DNA from: a virus
Taxonomy: Duplodnaviria > Caudoviricetes
Reading direction: 5' to 3' (one strand)
DNA length: 64,000 nt
IMG/VR virus record: IMGVR_UViG_3300012983_000001
Coordinates: 96,001-160,000 of that record
Part shown: positions 10,062-19,600 of the stretch, in pieces
How positions within the stretch are numbered: the first letter of the stretch is position 1
Layout: every line of letters starts with the position of its first letter
Notes under the pieces: model-generated
What the model saw: the letters and a program-made list of their open reading frames with translations, nothing else
Databases searched by the model: none
Told to the model about the DNA's origin: nothing
Translations under genes and position numbers: made by a program

Positions 10062-11840
10062 CTATGCCAATGCTGTCCATGCACCGTCTTTGTAGATTTT
10101 AATTACCTTGTTTGCTGTGTCTACCCATACTGCTGTAGTATCTGTTGGAGCAGAGGTTGCTTGTACCACTTTTGCGGAGTTGCCGTCATGGTGGAGTGAG
10201 TAAGACGTTACTAAATCATTTTTTGTAAATACTGGATTATTAACACCTGTCATGCCCAAAAAACCAAGGTCAGTATCATCTCGAAAACCAATCCATGCTT
10301 TTCTACTACCGTTGTTACCCTTGACTACAAGTGGGTAATGGTCTTTACCATCTCCAATTACTCCACCGTTCTTTACCAAAGCATACTCGCCTACGTTGCC
10401 CTCATGGAGTAAATATCTTAAAGCGGAAGTAGCACCGTCTATATAAACTGGTTTATCCCAATAAAAGCCCAAATAGCCGAGTAAACCAGTTTTACTGTTA
10501 AAATTCACATAGCAACTTTCATCGGTAAGTGAATTTTTTATTCCGAAAGGGTGCGGTGTCTGTGCTTCTACAATTCCTCCACCACTCAAAGACAGATAAT
10601 GTAACGGATTGTTGTCTACCCATTCGGTATACATATTGGTGTTATATACTACGCAAGAATAAGAATGGTTACAGTGTGTCATTGATTTAACAGTTAAAAT
10701 ACCATATATTGCACTATATGTTGGATTAAATACCCGTTCCCATTCAATCATTACTCCAACCGCATCTTCAAAAGGCATGATGATATTATCGTTTTCAAAT
10801 GACGCAAACGTGTAAGTACCACTCGGATAATTAGATATTATCACTCTAATATCAGTAGGTGTGGTAATTGCACTGGTATCTAGTACTCTTCTATCGTTCT
10901 TGTTCTGATAATTCGCAAGTGCGGCAACAAGGTCATCTTGTGACACTAACACGTTCCAGCCACTCCATGTAACTCCAGAATAAGAATTAATTGCAACCCA
11001 ACCTTTAACTTCATGAAGTAATATAACCTCTATTGAAGTTTGATTACGCTTGGTAATAATTACAGAAGAGTAATACCATTCATTTCCAGAAGGTAAATCT
11101 TCACCAGCATAATTTTGGCCACTAAGCATGTAATAATACATACCTGTACCTAGTTCAATAGCTTTCTCTAAAATAGAGGTACTAATTGTATCGGTTGCCA
11201 TTGATTTTGCTTGTCCATTTTTAGGTAAGTAATTTTCTAAAGCACTTGCTTCTGCTTTGGAGTTTACACTAGTTTGTAAAGTATCTATTAAAGCTTTCAA
11301 AGCAACACCTTGAGCTGCGGACAAAGGCTTATCACTTACATTAGTAGTTAAATCATTAATAATGTCTGCTACATTGACCTTTGAAGTAGTAACAGACTCG
11401 ATAAGAGTCTTGTTGGCTTTAATATAAGCAACGATTTCACTTAATTGGTCCAATGTAGTGTCATCACTATCAGCTAAAGCATTCAGTCTATCACTAATAC
11501 CTGTAATTAAAGTTCTAATATCATTATGGGATGCTGTAGAGATGTTATGAGATGTAATCTGATTTGCCGCGGTACCACTTACGTCTGCTCCTATGTCAGC
11601 AGCGGATAATGTAATATCTGATGATAAAGCTTTATTGTTTACAGTTCTTGTGGTTGGCACTTTATCATTAAGAGCAATGTTCACTTCATCAATAGTGCTT
11701 GATAAATCTGATATAGCTTTAGCAACTTCTGCAAAAGTATCCATGCCCTCAGGAGCTTGTTCTTTTAAGCATAGAACTTCGTTCTCAATCGCCTTATGAT
11801 GCTCACGAAGTTTCTTACCGAGTTCTTTATAGTCAGTCAC
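10062..11840 (-). CDS. Tail fibre protein (592 aa)
   Basis: GTG start. Fibre motifs KVPTTRTVNNKALSSDITLSAADIGA, HNISTASHNDIR, DTTLDQLSEIVAYIK, PLSAAQGVALK, WSGW, YLSLSGG and APTDTTAVWVDT. Confidence 0.75.
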   Translation of the reverse strand: MTDYKELGKKLREHHKAIENEVLCLKEQAPEGMDTFAEVAKAISDLSSTIDEVNIALNDKVPTTRTVNNKALSSDITLSAADIGADVSGTAANQITSHNISTASHNDIRTLITGISDRLNALADSDDTTLDQLSEIVAYIKANKTLIESVTTSKVNVADIINDLTTNVSDKPLSAAQGVALKALIDTLQTSVNSKAEASALENYLPKNGQAKSMATDTISTSILEKAIELGTGMYYYMLSGQNYAGEDLPSGNEWYYSSVIITKRNQTSIEVILLHEVKGWVAINSYSGVTWSGWNVLVSQDDLVAALANYQNKNDRRVLDTSAITTPTDIRVIISNYPSGTYTFASFENDNIIMPFEDAVGVMIEWERVFNPTYSAIYGILTVKSMTHCNHSYSCVVYNTNMYTEWVDNNPLHYLSLSGGGIVEAQTPHPFGIKNSLTDESCYVNFNSKTGLLGYLGFYWDKPVYIDGATSALRYLLHEGNVGEYALVKNGGVIGDGKDHYPLVVKGNNGSRKAWIGFRDDTDLGFLGMTGVNNPVFTKNDLVTSYSLHHDGNSAKVVQATSAPTDTTAVWVDTANKVIKIYKDGAWTALA

Positions 11841-11843
11841 TTT

Positions 11844-12605
11844 TTATTCCTCCTCTACTTCGTATTTCACACAATGCTGTTGAAACAATTCGTTGTTGTC
11901 AAAAATCTTTTTAACTTCTTTCCGTATTCTTTCTGAGATTAAAGAAATAGCATTTGCGCCACCATATACGCCAGCTGTTGTTTTAGCGATATTAACTGGC
12001 ATATATGTTGATTGGTTAATATCGTCTTTAATACAATTAGTAATAGTGCTGGAATTAGTCACGATAGAAAATGCATTAGTATTATATAAGCAATTACGAA
12101 ATGTGCCTCTACCTGAACCTACACATCCTGTGATGCCTTTAGCGTTAAATGTACAGTTAATAAATGTCTTGTTCGAGATAAAATCATTTTGCGAATTATG
12201 TAAAAAGAAAAATACGTAATTTGGTTTTAGTCCATCTTTAGATACATTGAATATGCAGTTTTCAAAAGTGACTTTAGTTGCATCTGTCCAGTATGCCATA
12301 ACATATCTTGTAGTTGCATAAACTGGCATATCGTTTGCGCATTCAAATTTAATCTTAAGAAAATGTACTGGACCTTTAAAATTTAACATGTTACCTGGCT
12401 TGTGCAAATAAATAGTCGTATAAATACCTTTACCAACCCAGGTAATAGTTGTATTTGCTTTTGACATTAAATACATTGCTTCAATGTCATATTCTCCGTC
12501 TGATATGTAGATTACTGGATTAGTTGTATTAACTAATGCCAGAGCTTTTTCTATGGTGTCAACATCTGTATTCTTAGCTATGGTAATTGTTTGTGTGTAA
12601 CTCAT
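11844..12605 (-). CDS. Right-handed beta-helix (pectin-lyase-like) protein (253 aa)
   Basis: IYISDGEYDI...ITWVGKGIYTTIYL followed by repeated F.NC.FN rungs; located between baseplate J and the fibre gene. Confidence 0.55.
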   Translation of the reverse strand: MSYTQTITIAKNTDVDTIEKALALVNTTNPVIYISDGEYDIEAMYLMSKANTTITWVGKGIYTTIYLHKPGNMLNFKGPVHFLKIKFECANDMPVYATTRYVMAYWTDATKVTFENCIFNVSKDGLKPNYVFFFLHNSQNDFISNKTFINCTFNAKGITGCVGSGRGTFRNCLYNTNAFSIVTNSSTITNCIKDDINQSTYMPVNIAKTTAGVYGGANAISLISERIRKEVKKIFDNNELFQQHCVKYEVEEE

Positions 12606-12616
12606 AATATCACCTC

Positions 12617-13435
12617 TTATACAATTACGACATTATCAACGTCTTTGGATACAATAAATCTTTCAAACCATCTACAAGACTGATTTACATATAATGCTCG
12701 TTCACCGTTTATCTTAAATTGCACATTGGATTCCTGAATAATGTCAGGAGATACGTCCATAATAACTTGTGTAAGCTTATCAATAATAATATCTTCACCG
12801 ATGCTAAGATTAGATAAGTACTTACTTAATGCAAGCTGAACGTTATATCTAATCTCCTGTTTTTCAATGTCAGACAAAGTATCGTTTAAATGTAATCTTT
12901 GTTTAATAGACACGTATGTCAGTGTCGGACTAACTACATTATAGCGAATACCATATCCGTGAACATCCAATAGTTTCTTTCGTACTGTTTCTAAGATACC
13001 AGTAGAAGTAACATCTTCATCAGATAATATGATAACAGTAAAAGAACCTGCCCCCATAGAGTATGGCTTAAGGATAACATCCTTGACACCATCTACAGTT
13101 AACGCCGTTAAGCGAATAGCAGTTTCATTTGAAGTAGCCAACGTAAGACATTGATTCGTAATTCTGTATCGGTAATTATCATCTGTTTCCTCTTTAAGCC
13201 TTGTGCATTGTAACAGTACACCGATAGCATCTAATGCTGCGCCATCTGCTGTTGTTACGAAAGCTCTAATATGATTGACTGTAAGAGTATTATAGAGATT
13301 GGCAATATTTTTGTTGACAATGTTCATGAATAATTTTGCTATTGCACCAGGAGCAGTAGAAAATCCAATGGCTTGTAAATCACTGGTTGCTTCTGTTTTA
13401 AGTTCTTCAAAAGTCTTAGTATTTAATACTATCAA
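12617..13435 (-). CDS. Baseplate J/gp47-like wedge protein (272 aa)
   Basis: KTFEEL, TADGAALDAIG...ETDDNYRYRI, AIRLTALTVDGVKDV, GAGSFTV, LSIGEDII; TTG start. Confidence 0.85.
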   Translation of the reverse strand: MIVLNTKTFEELKTEATSDLQAIGFSTAPGAIAKLFMNIVNKNIANLYNTLTVNHIRAFVTTADGAALDAIGVLLQCTRLKEETDDNYRYRITNQCLTLATSNETAIRLTALTVDGVKDVILKPYSMGAGSFTVIILSDEDVTSTGILETVRKKLLDVHGYGIRYNVVSPTLTYVSIKQRLHLNDTLSDIEKQEIRYNVQLALSKYLSNLSIGEDIIIDKLTQVIMDVSPDIIQESNVQFKINGERALYVNQSCRWFERFIVSKDVDNVVIV

Positions 13436-13441
13436 CTAAAC

Positions 13442-13876
13442 TCACCTCCTTGGTTGCCATCCGAATCGTATAAAGACACCTTTCACTAAATCAAGTTCAG
13501 CAACAATCTCATAAGAGTATGTGTCTTCTGTTTCGGACTGATATAATTTGAGATATATAGAGTAAGTGATATTTGTATTGTTCTTGATTTCTGACTTAAT
13601 AAAGATATCGTTATCATCCCATAAGCCATCAAATACCAGAACATCAATAATTTTTAATTTGCCATATTCAGCAACTTCCTGCGTACACGGTCTGCCGATA
13701 ATCTCTTCTAAGTCTGCGCCGACTTCATCTACAAACCAGTTGTTTGCAATAGACTTAATACGATTATAGGCTAACTGAATACGGAAGTCATCATCTTGAG
13801 TGGCTTGTATGTCATGTGTGAATTTATCTACGATGATTTCACCATCTGTTGTTAATCTAAAATCAAATCCTGTCAT
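13442..13876 (-). CDS. gp25/GPW-like baseplate wedge or sheath initiator (144 aa)
   Basis: DFRLTTDGEI...IQLAYNRIKS..NNWF...VGADLEEIIG; sits directly upstream of baseplate J. Confidence 0.7.
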   Translation of the reverse strand: MTGFDFRLTTDGEIIVDKFTHDIQATQDDDFRIQLAYNRIKSIANNWFVDEVGADLEEIIGRPCTQEVAEYGKLKIIDVLVFDGLWDDNDIFIKSEIKNNTNITYSIYLKLYQSETEDTYSYEIVAELDLVKGVFIRFGWQPRR

Positions 13877-13887
13877 TATTAAGCCCC

Positions 13888-15594
13888 CTATTTTTCTTTG
13901 TTATATAAATCTATATCAAATGCATATTCGATATCCCAGCTAATAGTAGAGTTTTCACTAATACAATGGTCATGACCAGGTGTGACTGCATAGAATTGAA
14001 TCTGTCTTACATCATCAGATACAGTGAAGTTCTTAGTAATCTTATTCTCACTGGAACCAAAGTTGCCACTGAAAGCAGTAATCACTTTATTATTTCCATT
14101 GGAGTCATATAGTGTAAAATCTACTCTATCTGAGCTGTTACTATGTCCACTACCAACTTTCACTTTCAGTGTTACTTTTGAGATATAACAGCCTTTGATT
14201 TTATCGCTAATGTCACTTGTGAATGCACCATCTTCACCGACGATTTCAAATGTACCAGTACCTGCAAATGCTCCATCAGAACCATAGATAATACTGGTTC
14301 CTGCACATGAATTACTCAAGCCTTTTTCATCAGTAGTGGTAGCCATAAATACATAAATACTAGGTTGCTTATATATTACATTATATACCGTTTCAGAAAG
14401 TTTTGTCAATTCAACATCGGATGCATTTTCAGATACACATTGTAATGTTGTTGTTACCATACCAGCCTCTGGGTCTACACCTGGAGTGATGGTAATATTG
14501 CCAGTTTCTGTACCTGTAGATGTAACAATGCGACCATTATTGTTATAAGTAAATGTCATCGTAGGAGCAGTAGGTATTTGGTTTTCATGCCATACCGCAT
14601 ACAAGATAGCAACCTTGCCTTTGCCAGCAAGATTAGTATTAACTGCTTCACCAGGTTTATATGTGGCGGTAGTAGCGGTGTGACTTGCGCTCCAGCCCAT
14701 AAAATCCATAACTGCATTTGGATGAGACGGAATGGTATTGATAATGTTAAATGCTTCATCATATTTGATTTCTTGTTTATAAGCAATATGCTTTTCTAAG
14801 TTAACAACATAGACAATATTGTAAAAATCGCTCTCGGCTTTTAAGCTACCAGCAACGCCGAAAATAGTTACTCCCTCTCGAATATTAGACGATATCAAAT
14901 CTTCATCGCCTTCAATTGTCACCTTGCTTAAAAGATAATCCTGGTCTGGTTCAACTATTATTTGTCGTGCTGAAGGTGTAACTGTTTTTTCTTGTGTGTC
15001 AGCTTCAAGGTCACCTGTTACACCAAAGATAGTAACTCCTTTCTTAATGTTCTCTGGAATCAAGTCTTCATCACCTTCGATAAATACTCTACTTAACAGG
15101 TAATCGTCATTATCGGGTGTAACTACTACCATTTTAGCAGAAGGCGTTCCAGTCTTCTCCTGTATTTTAGGGTCCTTTAATTCACCAGTAACGCCAAAGA
15201 TAGTCACACCTTCTTTGATGTTACCTGGTGTTAAGTTTGCATCGCCTTCAATAAAAACCCTACTCAATACATGATTATCGTCTGGTTCTATAATAGTTAG
15301 ATGCTGAGCAGGAAAACCTGTTTTTTCTTGAGTCTGGATTCTAACATTACCTTTATTGTGCCAGCCTTCTGTAACGTCAATTGTTGCACATTCTTCGCAA
15401 AGAATAGCGTCTACACTTATGGCCTCGTCGGTAGTGTTAACAACCTTGATTTTATCAATGAAGTCTGGTAATTGACTAACGGTCATGCTAGATTGTTCTG
15501 GTAATCCAATCGCTTTGTATTTACTGTTAATGGATTTTAGGGCCTTATCTAAATAGCCCTTTACTAATCTTAATTCACTAGACAGTGTTCCCAT
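13888..15594 (-). CDS. Repeat-containing virion appendage protein with an InlB B-repeat-like domain (568 aa)
   Basis: Three QEKTxxP...PDxxxxLSxVxIEGDxxLxxxNI(K/R)xGVTIFGVxGxL repeats, then FMGWSAS...YKPGE...LYAVW. Confidence 0.6.
   Translation of the reverse strand: MGTLSSELRLVKGYLDKALKSINSKYKAIGLPEQSSMTVSQLPDFIDKIKVVNTTDEAISVDAILCEECATIDVTEGWHNKGNVRIQTQEKTGFPAQHLTIIEPDDNHVLSRVFIEGDANLTPGNIKEGVTIFGVTGELKDPKIQEKTGTPSAKMVVVTPDNDDYLLSRVFIEGDEDLIPENIKKGVTIFGVTGDLEADTQEKTVTPSARQIIVEPDQDYLLSKVTIEGDEDLISSNIREGVTIFGVAGSLKAESDFYNIVYVVNLEKHIAYKQEIKYDEAFNIINTIPSHPNAVMDFMGWSASHTATTATYKPGEAVNTNLAGKGKVAILYAVWHENQIPTAPTMTFTYNNNGRIVTSTGTETGNITITPGVDPEAGMVTTTLQCVSENASDVELTKLSETVYNVIYKQPSIYVFMATTTDEKGLSNSCAGTSIIYGSDGAFAGTGTFEIVGEDGAFTSDISDKIKGCYISKVTLKVKVGSGHSNSSDRVDFTLYDSNGNNKVITAFSGNFGSSENKITKNFTVSDDVRQIQFYAVTPGHDHCISENSTISWDIEYAFDIDLYNKEK
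14842..15335 (-). repeat. Three tandem ~55-codon intragenic repeats
   Basis: QEKT...GVTIFGV(T/A)G(E/D/S)L unit occurs three times in the 568-aa ORF. Confidence 0.85.
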
Positions 15595-16607
15595 TACTCT
15601 ACCTCCAATATTCCTCTTGCTTCGAATAATTCCTTATCGAAATCTTCACTGATACTTACTAATGTATTATATACATTGTTTAAGTCTTCTGGTGTCAATG
15701 TATTTTGGTTAACATCATCATAATAGTCTTGCTTGAATGTAAGATATCCCTTAATCTTTGATTGTAAAGCTAAAAATCTTATATCATCTCCAGTGGTTTT
15801 CGATGTATATTCAATACAAAGCTTAAGTTCTTCTACCTGGTCATCTATCTTTTTAAACAAATCAATAATGGAGTTAATTTTCATGATATCGCCAATATTG
15901 ATATTATCTTTCTCAGGCTCTTTAATCATGAAGTCTTTTAAGGACACTCCATTGAACCAAAAGTCTAATCCATAGAATTCAATCGTCTTGTTACAAGGAC
16001 AGATACGGATACCAATATTATTTGATACAAATATGTCGATATCGCCGTTTTCCTTAAGTTTAACTGTTGATTTTGTATCAAGATTGGTCATACCCTGTTC
16101 CGATGGTTTGTATTTGTTCAGAGCGTTTAAAAGCTCATGAACATACTTAGTAACATCAATATTTGTATAATCACCAAGGTCATTCTTATATTTTGCTGGG
16201 TTATTGTTCGTGCTATCAATCCAGCTTTCTATCATAGGAATAATAACAGGTTTATCTTGATGTAAAATACTTGTGTCGATTAAATACGCTCCTTGGTCTC
16301 CATTGGTCTTGTTACTATAATTACTACCTATCATACCAGTAATAAGTGGTGAATAAATATTATTATTGATAAAAGTGATACTACAGGACTGGCCTGGATG
16401 AAAGCCAGCCCCTGTAAGACCACCCAATGTATTGGCAATCGGTACGTTATCTCGATATAATATTCCTTCACCATTAGGATTTAAGTAACGAATTTTAGCA
16501 GTATTACTTGTGTAATGATATTCAATGATAGTTGCTGTGGCATCATTGAACTGCTGTGCATTATTTTCTTGTATTTGTTTATTCAGCGTATCTTTAATAA
16601 TACCCAT
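15594..16607 (-). CDS. Putative baseplate spike/gpV-like protein (337 aa)
   Basis: N-terminal OB-like segment (NVPIANTLGG...PGQSCSITF) and beta-rich STVKLKENGDIDIFV; follows the hub gene. Confidence 0.55.
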   Translation of the reverse strand: MGIIKDTLNKQIQENNAQQFNDATATIIEYHYTSNTAKIRYLNPNGEGILYRDNVPIANTLGGLTGAGFHPGQSCSITFINNNIYSPLITGMIGSNYSNKTNGDQGAYLIDTSILHQDKPVIIPMIESWIDSTNNNPAKYKNDLGDYTNIDVTKYVHELLNALNKYKPSEQGMTNLDTKSTVKLKENGDIDIFVSNNIGIRICPCNKTIEFYGLDFWFNGVSLKDFMIKEPEKDNINIGDIMKINSIIDLFKKIDDQVEELKLCIEYTSKTTGDDIRFLALQSKIKGYLTFKQDYYDDVNQNTLTPEDLNNVYNTLVSISEDFDKELFEARGILEVE

Positions 16608-16618
16608 AACTTCACTCC

Positions 16619-19600
16619 TTAATCATTGAAATCTGGTTGTTCTCCACCTGTATTCTGAGAGGTTGGCATTTGTTTGATAAGCAAGATATTTTCACCATTT
16701 TTAGTACCAGATACAAATGGATATCCATCCCACCATAATGGCAACAGAACGCATACGTTTCGGTTATCGAACCAGTCAAATACATCTTCTAATAATGCAT
16801 CAATTACACAGGTAACAGCAAACCATGCAAGGGTACCAAGACCAGCACTGGATAAACCAAGTACAGCACCGCCTGTCTTAATAGCTTTCCATGTCTTTGT
16901 AATGCCCTTTGCACTTTTATATACTGTCTTTGCAGTCTTAAATGCATCTGCGGCTGTACTAACAAATTTCTTTGCTTTGACCAAATTTTTAAGGTTCTTA
17001 GCAAATTTAAAACTTGTGTATGCAAGCACGCCTGCTTGAGCAAGTTCTACAACAGAAAACGCACCGTTAACTATGTTGGCTGTCGAGTCACGTTTTTGAT
17101 TGTTATTGATAGCGCTTGTTAACTTGTCTCGCATAATTTCAAATTCTGAGAACAAGTTAAGATATTGCTCATAATTATTACGTAGCGTTCTACGTGTCTC
17201 TATATAACTAGAGAAACAATTTAGTATTCCCAGTAAGCTTTGGCATACCTGAATCATGCCACTACGGTCTTCGGTATGGAAGCCTATCATACCCAATGTC
17301 AGTGATGTTGTAAAACCTGTATTGAGACTAAAACTATGTGTAACTTCGCGCACTATTGCAAGACCATATACATCAGCAAAACTATCGTGAATCATTACAT
17401 AGTCGTGTGCTTTAATGCCTGGACATCCTGTTAAAATTAACTGTCCTTGATATTGCTGTTGCCATCCATACAGTAAATTGCTAACACCAACACGTCTTGC
17501 TGCATCTTCACCTAAACTATAAAATGTTACTTCATAGATTAAATCTGGACCCAAAGCATCTTGTACAAGTGGACTGTCAATGATTTGTGTTTTTTGATAT
17601 GCAAAATCAATCGTATCATCACTATGAATAGTTGGTGTAGAAACAACCTTGCCACCTCTGGTATACATTACCTTGGTATTTGTATTACTGAATTTCGAAG
17701 TAACTTTAACTTGATTGTCAATAATATTTGTACAATCCAATAAATGCACCTGTGCTGCGGACTTGCATTCTTCATATACTATTCCGTTTAGGTAATTATA
17801 TCTGTATTTCTCCATCCAAAATGGTAAGCCGAAATACAAACGTGAATCAAACTGATGATAAGATGGTTTTACAATAAACTCTGGTATCTGCTGTGTACTA
17901 ACCTGAAATACATCCCATGGCGTCATATTGTATTTGTTGAAGACAAAGTTCTGCTCATGGTCGTAACCAAAGTCACTGCTATATATATAGTGTTCTCCGT
18001 TATAAGATGCTTTATAAATATTCTTCATGATATCGTATTGTTCTTGTACGCCATTCCAGAAATCTGCTAAAGATACATTTCCATCAATAAGCACTCCTGT
18101 TAATGCACCAATACCAGCACCTAATAAACCACCTAAAACAACACCAATACCTGTACCAAGTGCTGTACCAACTACAGGTACAACACTTCCGATTGCAGCA
18201 CCAATAGCGCCGCCCCACTTCATACCAATAGTTGCACCACCAACGATACCACCAGCTGCGGCAATACAAATTACTAATAATCCCTTCTGATTAAAGTACA
18301 ATCCAAAATGCTCGATACCATAAGCCGAACCTTCAAATGTATCTTCCGCAAGATAATGACACCACGATTCTCGTTTAGCCATGACTTCAGCAATGATATT
18401 ACTTGCTTCCTGGTCTTCTCCTAAGCCAAACAGTCCAAGTAAGCCATTATTTGTGTCTTTTTCTTTTGCAGAGGTAACATGTTGAATAAGCTCATGCCCA
18501 TCAGATGTAACGACAATAGTAATTTGGTCACCTAATGCAACATCACTAACATGACCATTCATGACTGGGGCCAGTCCAAGAGGGTCAGAGCCATAACCAA
18601 TTCTAAGATGCACACGAGCTCCTTCACGTAATTTTGCATGACTGTAAATTACTTGTTGTAACTTAATGAGCTTATCAGTTAGTTTTGGACCAAGACCAAG
18701 CAATAAACCAGTTGCTTTGTAAAACTTACGTACCCATTCTGCATAACCTTCGTCGTTTGCAATACTATAATCGTTTAAACCTCCTTGGGTTCTGTCAAGA
18801 TTATGATATGAATTAGTTACTGTTAATGTTGCTGTTTCTGTTGGCATATCGTTTGTACCATGTACAGCAATATCGACAACAGAGCGATGTACATAATAAT
18901 TCGTCCATAATTTTCTACCGTCATACCATTGTGCATTATCATCAAGAATACAGAATAGATATGTCGGAAAAGCACGCACTAGCCTACCGCGTGCAGAATA
19001 CTGATATTCGTCACAAAACATTGTGTTACAAATGTTTAAGCCGTCATTTAGATATTCCATGGCATTTGTTTTGTTCGTTTCATTATTCCATGGAGCCCAA
19101 TTGTCGTCATAAATCATTGCCTCTGTTTTTGCCAATACAGGTTCTGCAAAACGTTTGATATCTTTAATAGTTTTTGCATTATGTAATAAAGTATATGCTT
19201 CTTTCAGTTCATTACTAGATGCCGTTCCTATATTTGGGTCACTAATAATACTATACTTAATATTTGAACCTGCTGATTCTGCTCCCCAGAATACATGAAT
19301 GCCAGCTTCACCAATTCTATCATATACCTCGTCTCGTTGAGCAATAGTAATAGCTGCATTATTAGCATCTGGCGTTAGGAAATACCAGATTTGTGCATCA
19401 TTCCAGTGCTTCTTTCCTTTAGTAAATACCTCTCTAACAATGTCTGCAACGGAATGCTCAACTACACCTTGGTAATTGGTTTTAAATTGTCCTTCGCCGT
19501 TTAAGATATTGGACAGACCGCCAAATTTCTTTTCTGGGTGAGTAAGTCTATCATAAATTACCTGCGCAACAGCTCGTTGCGCATCTTCATCTTCACCAAG

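Noticed and set aside
10062-12605. Diversity-generating retroelement target in the fibre genes
   Set aside because: No reverse transcriptase and no near-identical template/variable repeat pair were seen in the window.
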